A DNA stretch of 63,990 nucleotides, counting the filler, from Hyphochytrium catenoides (Eukaryota; Protista; Hyphochytriomycota), in assembly GCA_900088475.1 (NCBI GenBank). It is 10 parts of 10 records of this genome, joined end to end, with 100 filler letters (N's around TTAATTAATTAA, not from the genome) between each part and the next. Parts side by side here need not be neighbours in the genome. Positions count along the whole stretch, not along the records: positions 38,678 to 52,897 come from FLMG01001675.1; positions 52,998 to 54,257 come from FLMG01001678.1; positions 54,358 to 62,664 come from FLMG01002838.1; 7 more parts are not named here. One strand, written 5' to 3'. Numbering within the stretch: position 1 is the stretch's first letter; each line of letters begins with the position of its first letter. Of this stretch, positions 49,501-62,271 are shown piece by piece. The translations under genes were made by a program, and so were the position numbers. Under the pieces are notes generated by a model, which saw nothing but the letters and a program-made list of their open reading frames with translations, had not been told where the DNA came from and ran no database searches.

Positions 49501-49678
49501 TTCTCTCCTTCTTCTCTTCGCCGTTCAGAAAGATGAGCCCCTCGCGGTCAGCCGACTTCTCTCTCTCCCTCCTCGAGGGCTAAGGAGGGGACACCTCTTG
49601 CGGTGTTTGAGGAAAGAACAGATTAGAAACACTGCCTGGAGAGAGATCAACCAGAGGCTGCGGGATATGAAGGTTTAA
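46522..49678 (+). CDS. HPS6-like (BLOC-2 subunit) protein; start lies in or before the N gap
   Basis: Exons 46522-47187, 47569-49127, 49373-49678. Collinear resemblance to HPS6: LRRLRDSAEGRILRVTGTTGHL, LVQEDGNVDLW..W, RLLAI..GKLFY..LCMREV, FFELLCVLLFRHKPLILPPVV..FLSRALAIL, LLSLGHFQQAVD, LLSLPPRGLRRGHLLRCLR. The gene model is solid; the identity is moderate. Confidence 0.55.
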
Positions 49679-50640
49679 CGAGGAGATTGGGAAAGAAGTT
49701 GAAGAGGAGAGAGAGAGAATGTGTGAGAGAAAGAGAGAGAAAGAGAGAGAGGAAAGCAGAACTGAGGCCGAAACATTCTCTCTACCGCATTACCTACGAT
49801 ATTTATCTAAATGGGACGTGACACACATATCGGAGAGGACTGTTTAGAGTAAAGTGGGAGAGAGAGAGAGAGAGAGAGACAGCTCTTTGGCATCCTGATG
49901 TCCTTTCTTACTTCTATGATAACCTCAACAAGAGAGAAATAGAGTGAGCTCAATGTGGGAAATACTACTCTATGAACTCATCTTTCTCTCTCTCCGTCTC
50001 TCTCTGTATATACATGTATATACCATGAGTCCGATAGGGTTCAAGTCAACGAGAGAGAGAGAGAGAGAACTGTTGGGAAGGAGGGGCTACGCGATATCCA
50101 AGGGCAAAGGGAGGAAGAGAGAGAGAGGGTGCGGCTGGTGGAAGCGGCTCTGTCCTCATGAAACTCTCTCCTGTCATTTGTGTGCGACATACTCTACAAT
50201 ATTCTCTCTTTATAATGAGTTAGGACCTAACAGTGAGTGGACTGTGACGCGACACAGTCTATCCTAGAGACTTTCTCTCTCTCTCTTTCTCTCTCTCTCC
50301 CTAAAGCCATTCTTTCCCTTCGCTAAAACCTTTTTACTCGAACAATAAGGACAGGACACAAGCAAGGGAGCAGGGAAAAAAGAGAAACGACCATTCGAAA
50401 GAGAGAGAGAGCTCAACGCCGGATCCCATAGAGACAGCAAGTTCTGGGCCAGATCAATGATAGCAACCAGAAGAGAGTAAGAGAGAGAGAGAGCACTCAT
50501 TCAGAGACACAGACAGACACGCATAAAGACAGGGAGGGAGAGAGAAAGAAAAACGAAAGAGGGACAGGGAGAAGGACTAAAGCCAGAACTCTCTGCGTCT
50601 GGACGAGAGAGAGAAAGAGACTGGAAAGCTCTGCCTCCTC

Positions 50641-52897
50641 TCATCTCGACTTGAGGATTTCAAAGACGAGCTCCACATTTGTCCTTCCCATCTCTTCAAA
50701 GGCTTGCGTCTTCGTCACTGCGTCAAAGTTCTCAAGAATAAAGTCCAAGGCTGTCCCTCGGAGAGCGCTAGCGCTGTACCGATCAGCCGCGAGAAAGATT
50801 GCAGCGGCGTTGTCGAGAGAGAGAGAGCTCAACATCTTGTTCTCACAGATTTTCTTAAGGCGATCCACACCGAACTACAGAGGGAGAAGGAGACGAAGAG
50901 TTGTGATGAAGAGATTCACAAGTGAGACAGACAGACAAACTGAGGGAAAGGGAAGGAGAAGGGGGAAAGACGAACGATAGGGATGGAGAGATAGATAAGG
51001 ACACGAAGGAGAGAGAAAGAGACAGACAGACAGACAACGCGAGAGAATACAGAGAGGAAGAGAGAGAGAACAAAGAAGATGCCAGTCCTCCAGCATAGAG
51101 AAGAGAAGACTGAAAGTCATTGTTCGAAGGGAAGACCCAAAGCTAGTCTGTCTCTCTCTCTCTTTCTCTCCTCGTTTCGGTACCTTATCAGCGGCCTCGA
51201 AAAGCTCAATGGCACTCTCTAGAGACACCTCAATCTCGTCTGTGTACAGGTATTCCAAGAGAGAGAGAAAGATCTCCGCTCGGACATCAGGAATGACAAT
51301 CTCTCTCGCTCGACTCTCCATCATCTCCCCTGTTAGAAGGGCACGGAAGAAAGGGCAGCGCATGCACAGAATCTTGTGTGCATAGATCGGAGTGTCCTCC
51401 ACTGAGAGAGAAAGGAGCGAGAGAAAGAGACATAGAGCCAGAGAGAGAGAGATATTGAGAGAGGCACGGTGAGAGAGTGAGAGAGAGAGAGAGAGCAATA
51501 CAGTTAGGAAGGGTGTGGTGGTCTTGGTAAACATAGAGCCGAGAGTGACAGAGAGAGAAAAAGAAAGAAAGAAAGAAAGTTGTATAAAATGAGAAAAGGG
51601 CGAGGCCATGGAAAGATGGAGATCTCTCATCTCTGAGGAGAAGGGGTGCAACCGTTTTGCGGAACAGAGAGAAGCGCTGGTGCTGAGGACTTTTAATGGC
51701 TTCAAGCTTGGCAGAAGGAGACTGATAGGAAAAGAGAATAGAAGAGATAAAGAGAGAGGGGGGAGAGACAGACTAGAGTGAGGAAGAAGAAAAAGATAGA
51801 TAACGAGAGAGGCGAACAAGAATGCTGGGGGGGAGGGAGACACGGACAGAGAGAGAGACAAGACACAGAGAGAAAGAGAGAGAGGATGCCGATACCTATG
51901 AAGGTGATGTCGCTGAGCAGCTCATTGTTCACAAAGCCTTTCATATCGTTGATAATTGAGCTCGGCGGGATCTCGTACTCCTAAGGAAGAACAAAGAGTA
52001 TGGATAGTCGGAGGAGAGACATAGACATTGAGAGTTAGATACTGAGACCTTGAGGATAGAGAGATGAACAAGGAGGGAGGAAGAGAGAGAGACACAGACG
52101 GAGAAAGACGGACAGACAGAGCCGCACAGAGAGAGGCAAAAACAAAAGAAGGTGAATGAGGAAAGAGCAGGGAGAGGAAGACGCAGAAAAATAAAGCCGC
52201 AGGGAGAGGAGAGAGAGAGTCACTGGCGCCGGACATGAGGATCTTCTCCGAAGTTTAGCTCCTGGAAGTCATTCAGTCGGTTGGATCCATCGTAGCCGCC
52301 AAAGATAAAGAGAGAATCCTGGACAAAATGAAAAGTTAAAAGGAGAGAAGCAAAAAAAACGAGAGATTNNNNNNNNNNNNNNNNNNNNNNNNNNNNNNNN
52401 NNNNNNNNNNNNNNNNNNNNNTCTCTCTCGGGTGCTCTCTCCCTGTTTCTGTCCGTACCTGATAGACGCAGCCAGTGTGACAGAAGCGCTGAGCAGGAAG
52501 GGTGCCGTGAGTCTGGACCTGTCGCCACTTGGGAGGATCTGCAACACAGCAGCGAGCAGGAGAGGCAGTTAGTAAGACGCACCAGAAGAGAGAGAGAGAG
52601 AAAGTAAGAAAGAGCACACGCTGGGAAGATAAATGAAAAGTGAGAGGAGGGATCCCAAAGAGAGAGACCAGAACGACAGACAGACAGAGAAAGAAGAGAA
52701 AAGCAAAAAAACAGAAACAGAGAGAGAGAGAGAAAGGAGAGATAAACAAGAGAGAGAGACAAATCAGAGGAAAGAGAAACGGAGAGGGATGTTGTAAACT
52801 CTAACTCAGAGAGGAAGCACAGCTCCCCGCTTTGAAAAGCACGGAAGAGAGAGAGCGCATCCTCGTGTCTTACTTTCTTTGAGTCTGAGCTCGTAAA
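50641..52897 (-). CDS. Kelch-repeat + BTB/BACK protein (LZTR1-like), 3' part
   Basis: Exons 52874-52897, 52459-52538, 52235-52318, 51896-51980, 51184-51401, 50641-50874: WRQVQTHGTLPAQRFCHTGCVYQDSLFIFGGYDGSNRLND (kelch); NNELLSDITFIVEDTPIYAHKILCMRCPFFRALLTGEMMES..FLSLLEYLYTD..AADKFGVDRLKKICE (BTB). Confidence 0.9.
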
Positions 52898-52997
52898 NNN
52901 NNNNNNNNNNNNNNNNNNNNNNNNNNNNNNNNNNNNNNNNNTTAATTAATTAANNNNNNNNNNNNNNNNNNNNNNNNNNNNNNNNNNNNNNNNNNNN

Positions 52998-54257
52998 CAC
53001 ATAACCTAAATAAGAGTGTCTTCAAATCCCATACATTATAACAATCCTGGGGTACTGACCATAAGCCATATATATGAACAGGGACATTTCCTTACTTCAT
53101 ATCTCGGCTTCTACTGGGAGTTTAGAGTTGAAACTTTGGTAGTTAAGCTTGCCAGCTTGTAGTCCACATAGCTGTGCCCTCAGACTCCAACACCTCCCCG
53201 CAGCTCGAACTCCCTATTGTGAAGGGTCGAAGCTGAACATTTAACACCTCCCCGCATGCTGTAGACCCGCTAGAAAGGGATTACTACTTGGTTCTTGGGT
53301 TTCCATTGCACACATTTTTCGATGTACGATGAACAGCGAGGTTGGCGAGATGTTGTTTCCTTAGCCTCTTTGATGAACGCGTCGAGATCTCCTGAAAATC
53401 CACATTGTCTGATCGCTTCAGCGCTAGGTAGAAAGTCTTAGATTTTATCATTTGATGGTGAGCACTTTGAATTAATATTGGGGGGTGTCTGGATATACCG
53501 GAGAAAAGTTTTGTACGCTCCGGGATTCGAACCCAGGACCTCTGTCTTTGATGCCGACACCCTAACCAGTATGCACCATACACCAAACGTACACTTTAAC
53601 TAATCTCGGCTTTGTTTATATACCAGGTTTTTCCCCTCTGCGTCGTCCGCTGTACACTTTTTGGTTTCAGCGTCGATCACAGTTCAACAGAAAGTGTGGA
53701 GAATACTGTTTCTAGCGTCAAGCTTTTCTTGATTCGAAGCCTGCGTAGTGATTAATTGTCCTTCCTTTGGATCTTTGGGACCTTGATGTTGGTTGGCTTT
53801 TGTCCGTGCTTCCTCTTCGGAAAGAGATAGTTTATTTGGTTGTTGAGATGTTTCCTTAGTGACGAGCTGGTTTTTGTTCTTCAGTTCTTCTCAGTATTGC
53901 CTTGACTGTTTCACGATAAAAAGTCTTCTTCACGATAAGAAGTCTTCTTCGTTAATGAAGATACATCAATAATTTTCTTCAAAGCTTTTGACCAATTCCT
54001 CTTAGAGCGTGATTTCCAGAAAGACGGTCTGTGATGAGCGTTCTGTTCGAGCTCCCAGCATTTCTCCGAAGGATGGCTGCGACTTCCGCAAAATGGGCAT
54101 TCCGGCCATTGGTCGCGAAGTTTAATGTTTGATGATGATGATGATCCTGGATGAGCCTTGTTCTTTTTTGGTCTCGTGATGACGGTGATGATGAGGTTCC
54201 TCTATCGTTTGTTGGTGTAGAGTGTATGCTGCAAAGCCTTCTTCTTCATCATAATTC
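52998..54257 (-). mobile_element. LTR-retrotransposon remnant (gag zinc knuckle; PPT and start of 3' LTR)
   Basis: CPFCGSRSHPSEKCWELEQNAHHRPSFWKS (C-x2-C-x4-H-x4-C, 54058-54099). GCGGGGAGG|TGTT polypurine/TG junctions at 53246 and 53192 downstream on the same strand. Confidence 0.55.
53512..53592 (-). tRNA. tRNA-Pro(AGG)-like gene or pseudogene with ~12-nt insert after the anticodon
   Basis: GTACGTT TG GTGTATGGTGCAT A CTGG TTAGGG TGTCGGCATCAA A GACAG AGGTC CTGGG TTCGAAT CCCGG AGCGTAC A: 7-bp acceptor stem, intact T arm and B box, A box, TT-AGG-G loop, TTTT four nt downstream. Anticodon stem is imperfect. Confidence 0.6.
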
Positions 54258-54873
54258 NNNNNNNNNNNNNNNNNNNNNNNNNNNNNNNNNNNNNNNNNNN
54301 NTTAATTAATTAANNNNNNNNNNNNNNNNNNNNNNNNNNNNNNNNNNNNNNNNNNNNGAGAGAGAGAGAGAGAGAGAGATGGAGGCAGAGAGCTAAAGGA
54401 GCAACACTTCCGCGAAGATTCTGTGAGATGGATGGACCCTGGCAGAGCCGCCACCTTCATGGTCAGAAGCCACCAAGGTCACGGCTCGAAGGCAACACAT
54501 GGAGAGCACTAAGAGACGAGCGAGGTGAGGGGAAGAGAGATAGCGGGAGAGGGAGAGAGAGAGAGAGGGAGAGAGAGGGAGAGAGAGGGAGAGAGAGAGA
54601 GAGGGAGAGAGAGGGAAAGAGAGAGAGAGAACGAGAGGGAGGAGAGAGAAAGTCCGAAGGAAGGCTGCCTTTTGACCTGGGGGAGCTCTGAAATGGGCGT
54701 TACAATCCATCAAACCAGGCCTCCCCTTGGAGTCACGGTGGAAGGGACGAAGGGGAGGAGAGAAAGGGAGAAGAAGAGAGAGAGAGGAAAAAGGAAAGAG
54801 AGAGAGAGAGACAGAGAGACAGAGAGAGAGAGAAAGAGAGAGGATAAGAGAGAGAGAGAAAAGAGAAAAAGAC

Positions 54874-54911
<38 letters not shown>

Positions 54912-55155
54912 TAAGTGAGAGAGAGAAAGTGAGGCAGAGGTAGATAAGAGAGGAGTGTGAAAAGACACAGAAAAAGAAGCGAGAGAGAAAGCACTTGCAG
55001 AGGAACGAGACGGAGGAAAGAGATTTAACGAGAGAGGACTCTTGCCCGTATTGTGGGAGGGAGAGAGATATCTGTCAACAAGGGTAAGAATGGAGATGAA
55101 GAAAGAAGAGAACAAGAAAGCTGTGGGTTATCCCCGTTGCTTATCTGTTAGGAAC

Positions 55156-57780
55156 CTAGAGACTCTCTCCCTCTTCATCTGATTCTTCTCTCTCTTCTTT
55201 TTCCGTCTCTCCTTGGTCCTCCTCACTCTCTTCGCCTTTGTGGCTATCTTCTCTTCCAACCTCTCCTTTCTTTCTCACCGTCTCCGGCGCGCGTTCTTCC
55301 CCTTCTCCCTTCCCTTCTGCAGGTGTTCTTCTCTTTCTTCTCTTTTTCTCCAAATTTCGCTTTCTTCTCTCCTCTATCGCCCTGTCTCTCTCTTTCCTTC
55401 TTCTCATTACGTTCTCATAACTCTTGTTCCACTCTTGAGAGGCTGTTGAAGCCAGCTCTTCCTTGAAAAGCCCCTCTCTCGATGGCGAGATAAGGGGGAG
55501 AAGCATGGGAGAGAGACTGTTCTTTTCTCTCTCTCTTTTCTCTCCTATGTCTCCTCCAGGTGGCAGGAAGTCATCCACTGTGGGCTTGGTAGAGAATATT
55601 TTCCCAGTCTTCGAGTCTTGCCAGTAGGTAGAGGAAGAGAGCTCGTCGTACTTCTCCTCTACGAGAGAGAGAGACCACTGGGCGAGAGCGAGAGTTGCTT
55701 CTTTCTCTTCTTCTTTATGTCTCTCTCTTTCTCTCTCTAACGCCTGCAACCTTACTCTCTGGCTCACTCTCTCTTTCGTGAACTCTCGCCATCGCTTGAA
55801 GATCATCCGCTGGTCTAGGCCCAGCCAAGCCTCCCGCACTTTTCTAAGAATCATATAGTTTCGGCGAACCTGGAGACAGAGCAGGAGAAATTTAGAGAAG
55901 AGAGAAGGAGAGAGACAGAGGGAGAGAGGGAGAGATAGAGAGGAAGAGAGTTGAGAGCCAGAAAGTGAGAGAGAAGGAAGTCAAAGAGAGAGAAAGAGAC
56001 GAAGATAAGTTCATCAGTACGGACGAGTTTCGCTCTCCCCATCCTGCGCTCGTGCTTGTCCTCTGTCAAGCGTCGTGTCTCTCTTTCTTGTCTCTCTTTC
56101 TTGCCTCTGTCTCTCTATGTCTGTCTCTCTCTCTCTCTCTCTTTCCTTCCTTCTTCCCCTCTTGTTCTCTCTCTCTGCAATACCTCTTCTCCCTCTCTCT
56201 TCTCTCTTTTTTACCTTTCTTCTCGCCTGCCTCATCTTCTTGATGAGATATTTCCTCTGAAGCTCTTCCTGCATCTCAAAGACTCGAAGACGCGACTCTT
56301 CATCTTCCATCAGCTCCTCAACCGTGGTCGCGGCTCCCAAGAACTTAAGCTTAACTCTCATCATATCGTCCATCTCATCGTACTCTCTCTCTTCCGCGTC
56401 CGTCCGGAGTATTCTCTCTTCTTCCGCTTGTTTCTCTTTTAGGGAAGAGATGCGGAGAGAGAAGAGAGAAGAGACTTCGTTGAGTCTCTCTTTCAGGCTG
56501 CTGATCTCCTCTTTCAGTTTCTCTTTCTCCCAAGGTTCAAACGCTGAAGAGAGAGCAGTCTCGGCCTTGGCAAGGGGCGTCTAGGAGGAGAAAGAGGATA
56601 AAAGAGAGAGGGACAAGGGGAAAAGGGAGAGAGAGATGTGAGTGTGACTGTGTGGGTGCGTGGGGAGAGAGAGACAGAGAGAGAGATATTCTTTGCCAAG
56701 TACTAGGATACAATATATGCAGCAGCCAGAGCCAGTCTTTCCTTCCATCTAAGATACTCTTCTCTCTTCCTTCAGGGTTCATCTCCCTCTCTCTCTCTGT
56801 GTCTCTCTCTCTCTCTCTCTGTCTTTCTGTCTTTCTGTCTCTCTCTGTCTCTCTCCTCTCTCTCCTCTCAATCTTTTCTCTCTCTGTCTCGGTATCTCCC
56901 CCTTCCTCTTTCTCTCTCTCTGTTCCCTCTCTCTGTTCTCTCTCTGACTCTCTCTCTCTCTTTCTCTCGCTCTTTCCTCGTACTCTTTCTCTGCCCCTCT
57001 CCCTCTTTCTCTGTTTCTCCTATCTTTCCCTCTGGTGTTTGGTGGTGTTCCCTCTTTGCTCTTCTATTTGGCCCTTGGGTACCCGCGCTCAGAGTGCCAT
57101 TTGTCTTTCATCTCTCCTATTCCTCTCTCCTCTCGCTTCCTCCACTCTGTCGGGTTGTTCCCGAAGTAATGTGACTCTTTCTCTGTTCCTTTTTCCCTCT
57201 CTCTCTCTCTTTGAGTTCATCTGTCCACTCTCTCTCTGTTCTGTCCCTCTCGTTCTCTTCTTTCTCTCTTCTAGCATCAGCACTTACCTGTAGCTTGGCG
57301 AGCTCTCTGTCTCTCTCTCTCTCGATTTGGCTCAATGTCTTATTCATTGTTTTCTGCATCTTCAGGATTTCTTTCTCTGCAACTCTGCGGAGAAGAACCC
57401 TAAAGTCTTTCTCTCTTAGCTCTTTCTCTTCGCTAAGGACAACCTCTTGCGCACTCTGCAAGAAACGTTTCTCTCCCTCTTCGGTCTCAAAATATGCCTG
57501 TGAATAGCGTTAAGTGAGAGAGAGAGAGAGAGAGAATGAATGTGCGTCAGAGAAGAGGCAAGGAAACAAGAGAGAGGAACCAGGCAGCAGAGAGGGTATT
57601 AGAAGACGAGAGAGAGAGTGAGGGAGAGAGAAAAAGAGAGAGAGTGAGTGAAAGAAAGAGAGAAATAGTGAAAGAGAGAGAAAGAGAGAAAAAAAATAAC
57701 AAAATCACAAGACAGAAGGATAGGTAAGATAGGCAGGACAAGAAGGAGAGAGGAATGAAAAGCGACGGCCGATCTAGCAA

Positions 57781-57811
<31 letters not shown>

Positions 57812-60288
57812 GAGGGAAGAGAGAGAGAAGGGGGAGAGAGAGAGAGGGAGGGAGAGAGAGAGAGAATATAAGGGGGGAAGAGAAAAACACTTACTTCTGC
57901 TTTCACCATCGCATTATGGACAGCTCGCTCCAGCTCCTGCAAGTGCAGAGAAAGAAAGAGCGAGAAAGAGCAAGAGAATGAAAGCAGGAAGTGGGAGAGG
58001 AACAGATACTTAAAAAAAGAGAAAGAGAGACGAAGAGAGAGAGAGAGAAAGAGAGAAGAGACCATGAAAAGAAGCCATTGAGGTCTACAGATAGTGTCCA
58101 GGCAACCGATGGAGGAGAGAGAGTATTTTTCTTCCTCTATTTTCGCACCTTCTCTTCCCTGGCAGCAGTGACTATCTCTTGGTGCTCCTGAAAGAAGAGA
58201 GAAGAGAAAGGAAGAAAAAGGAAGGTGAGAGGGAGAGGGAGAGAGAGAGAGAGAAGAGAGGTAGCAGGATGAGGGAGATTCGAAGCGAAAGATGATAAAG
58301 CCAGGGAGACAGAGCGCGAGAGAGAGTTGACAAGCATGAAAAAGAGTCTGACAAAAGTTCTACGAAAAGAGGCGTCAGAGAAGAGCTCGTTAAGAGAAAG
58401 AGAACGAGGAGAAAAAAAGAAAGCGAGAGAAAGAGTACATATTTGTCTGGCGAGTGAGTGGGAGAGAGAGAGAGAGAGACCGGAGGGTGAACATAGAAAG
58501 AGAAGGAGAGCAATACATAGCCTGGAGAGGACGAGGGTTGGATAAGTGGAGCATCTATCGAAGGCAGTTATCGGTCGATGCGGGGACAGAGAGAGAGAGG
58601 AAAGAGAAAGAGAGAACGAGAGAGAGAGAGAGAGGGAGAGAGAATGAGAGACAACACGCGAGAAGGACACATGAGAAGGAGGGGTCCGCAAGAGGAAAAG
58701 AGGGAAAGAGAGAGTGAGAGAGAGAGGCTAGAAAGATCAGCCACCTGTTCCCGCACAAGAGTCTCTCTGAGGAGCACCGCCTTCCTTTTGCAGGCAAACT
58801 TTACGTCTCTCCATGGATCTTCTTCTCCTTCTTCTTCTTTGTCTTCATCCTCTTCCCCGTGCTCTCCTCCGTCTTCTCTCTTCACTTTTGCCCTGAGTCT
58901 CTCTTTCTTTTTTCTCTTTCTCTCTTCGCGCTTTCTCTTCTCATCATCAGCTGTCCGTCTCATCATCTTTTGAAGAAACCCGGTGCTTCGCTTTCCTTCA
59001 GCTTTCTCTCTTTCTCTCTCTCTTTCTTCCTCTTCTTCTCTCTTCTTTTTCTTCTCTTCCTCCTGCTTTTCTCTCTTTCTCTCTTCCTCTTGGTACTGAC
59101 AGGGAGAGAGCTTTCCTTCCTTGTCCTTACATTTACACAGGCGAAAGAGAGTCTCTCTCTCATAACTGATAGGCCCAAACCTATCAGAGGTGGAAGAGAG
59201 AGCCTCTCCCACTTCTTCTAGCGTGTAGTCAAAAGCTCCTCCCTCTCTCTCGAGCATTTCTGCGAGAGAGAGAAGAGAAGGAGAGAGAGAAGGCCAAGAG
59301 TTCTTTCTTATAAGAGGAGAGAGTTGCGGCCAAAGTTCGTCCAGGATCAGGGCAAAATGTGACCGTTTGGTCTCTTTTCCCTTTTCCTCTTCCTCACTGC
59401 TACTGCTCTCGTCCCCCGACTCTCCCATGTTCTCTCTCTCTTTTCCTTCTCTCTTCTTCTTCTTCTTCTCCCTCTTTGTCTTTCCTCCTTTCGAAGAGAA
59501 GAACTTCACGAGAGAGGAAGGAGACGTCTCTTTCTCCTTTCCCCCGGGGTAGAGATCGACTCCTGGCTCAAAAAAGGCGCGGTCGAGAATATTTTTGGGA
59601 GCAAGAAGACGAAGAATCCTCTGAAATTTCTCCGTGGCGACTGGCAGAGAAGGACAGACAGGCGTCAGAACAAAAAGGTGGGAGCCTGGACAGAGAGAGA
59701 GAGAGAGAAAGAATAGAAGGAGAGAGAGAGGAGGAAAGAGAGAAAGACAGAAGAGAGAGCGAGAGAGAGAGAGAGAGAAAACACAGGGACAAAGTTGGCA
59801 GAAAAGGAGACAAAGAGGCACAAATGATACCTTCCCTCTCTCTGTCTCTTTCCTTTCATCTTTCTTGTCTCTCTTCTTCCCTCTTTGTCCCTCTTTTACT
59901 CTTTCTATCTTGATTTCCTCTCTCTCTCTCTCTCATACGCCTCTCTCCCTCTCTCTACTGTCCCTACCTCTCATCCTTCTCTTCTCGCTCTCTTGCAATC
60001 TCTCTCTGGTCCAGCCCTTGAGAGCGCTAATCCCAGCCTTGAAGACCTCAGGCGGCGGGTTAACAATCGCGTGGTTCCCTTCCACTCTCAGCACCTGCAG
60101 CCCTTCCATGAGAGAGAGAGAGAGAGGGAGACGATCCAAACGGTTCCAATCGAGATTTAGCCGCTTAAGAGACTTCAATTTCCCGATGCTGACACAGGGT
60201 CGGGAAGAGAGAGAGAGTAAGAAGGTGGAAAGATTGGACAGAACAGCCACAGAGACAGAGAGAGAGACAGAGAGAGAGACAGAGAGGG

Positions 60289-60340
<52 letters not shown>

Positions 60341-62240
60341 CAGAGGGAGGGAGAGAGAGAGAACAGAGGGAAATTTAGAGAACGAGATCCGAGAAAGAGA
60401 AATAAGGAGGAAGAGGATGATGAAGAAGAAGATGAGTTAGCAGCAGCATGGCAAGTGGGAGAGAAAAGACGGCGGGTTAGACAAAGAAAGAGCAAAAATA
60501 ACTTTACAATGAGAGAGATAGAGTCTTAACTATAGAGACAGAGAGCCACGTTTGCTTCTGAAGTTCGATGTTCAAAGAATGAGGAGAATGGATGCTCAAG
60601 AACCGGCCGCAAGGAGAGAGATGGGGATGAGAGAGAGGGAGGGGAAACGAGAGAAAAAGAGAAGACAGAGGGAGAAAGGAAGGAGAAAAAGAGAGTAGAT
60701 AAAGACTAGAGAGAGGCAGAGATGATGGGAGGGAAAGAGACAACGCAAAGAAGAAGAGAGGATGTAAGAGATCCATGAAGCGCCAAGCTTACATCGCTAA
60801 TATTCGTCTTGAACACACACTCTCTCTCTCTCTCTCTTTCTCTTCTTTTCGTCTCTCTCTTGCTTACCTGAAAGGGATCTCCTTGATCTGGTTGCTACAG
60901 AGAGAGAGAACCTCCAAGCTCCTTGACTCGCACATCTCCGGTTCTATCTGCTCTATTCTATTGAAGTCAAGAAAGAGAGAAGAGAGAACCGGCATGAGAG
61001 AGAAAAAGGAGGGAACACTTCGAAGCTCATTCCGGGCAAAGCTAACAGTTGTACAGCTGGCCAGCTTGGAGAGAGAAAAAGGAAGAGAACGTAGTTTGTT
61101 TCTCTCTAGGATCAGACGAGGAAGCTTTACTAGCGCGCCAATACTCTCAGGCAAGGCGGCTAGTCTGTTAGAAGTTAGCTCAAGAGAGAGAAGAGAAGAG
61201 AGATTTCCTATATTATCGGGCAGCTTTCCCAAATGATTCATCTGCAGATTGAGCTCCGTCAGATTTTGCAAGTTACAGAGCTCATCGGGAATCTCACGAA
61301 GATTATTGCAGCTCAAATTTAGAACCTGTAGGGTTTTTAGACTGGATAACACGTCTGCGGGAAACTCTGTCAGATCTGCGCCAATTATCCGCAGATGGGT
61401 TAATGTTGGACCCACAGATCTCAGAGGCCGAGCCGGAAAGCGGGAGATGGCTCGCCAGGAGACGTTGAACGTGTGAGAAGACGGAGAGTGGCGGAAAGCG
61501 TAGATCCAGACGTCATGTGCAGAGGGAGAGATGTCAAGAAGCGTGCGGACAAGCTCTTCTCCTTGCTCTTCTATCGGAGAGAGAGGCTTTACTGCTCCTC
61601 TCATTGACGGAGACGCAGGACGTAGAGTCTTCTTCTTCTTGTCTCCTTTCTCCTTCAGGTCGACGGTCTGGGGAAAGGAGGAGGAGAGAGGAAGAGCGAA
61701 GAGTTTCCTCTTCTTCTCTGCTTCTTCTCGCCTCATGATGGCCTTTCTGATCTGGAGATCGCGCTGTCTCTGTCTCTTCTCCTTCTCTTTTTGTTTCTCT
61801 CTCTCTCTCTTCTCCTTCCATTGTCGTCGGCGGATGTCTCTTTGTGTCTTGAACTTCTCCCATTCCTCTGAGGAGAGAAGGTCTTTCGAGCCCAGACATC
61901 GAGGCTTGTACCAGGAAGAGACACCCTGCAGATAACGCAAGCAAGAATTCCAAGGAGAGAAAGAGAGAGAAGAAGGAGAGGGGAGAGAGAGAGAGAAAAA
62001 TAGAGAGAAGGAGAAAGTTAGATGGAACGAGAGTAGATAGATAGTTCTATTGCTGACTGAAAAGAGAAAGAGGCATAAAGAGCGAGAGTGAAAGGAAGAG
62101 GGGAAAATGAGAAACGGAAGAGAAAGAGCGGGAGACCGAGAGGAGGAAAGCGGGACGGAGATGGAGGAAGTAACAGAAGCGGAGACAGAAGAAGCGAGAC
62201 AGAGATAGCCAAAAGGACAAGGAGGATCAGGGGAAGAGAG

Positions 62241-62271
<31 letters not shown>

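Noticed and set aside
53512-53592. Selenocysteine or opal-suppressor tRNA (CA-TCA-AA)
   Set aside because: TCA is not centred in a paired stem, there is no long variable arm, and the body matches tRNA-Pro(AGG) better.
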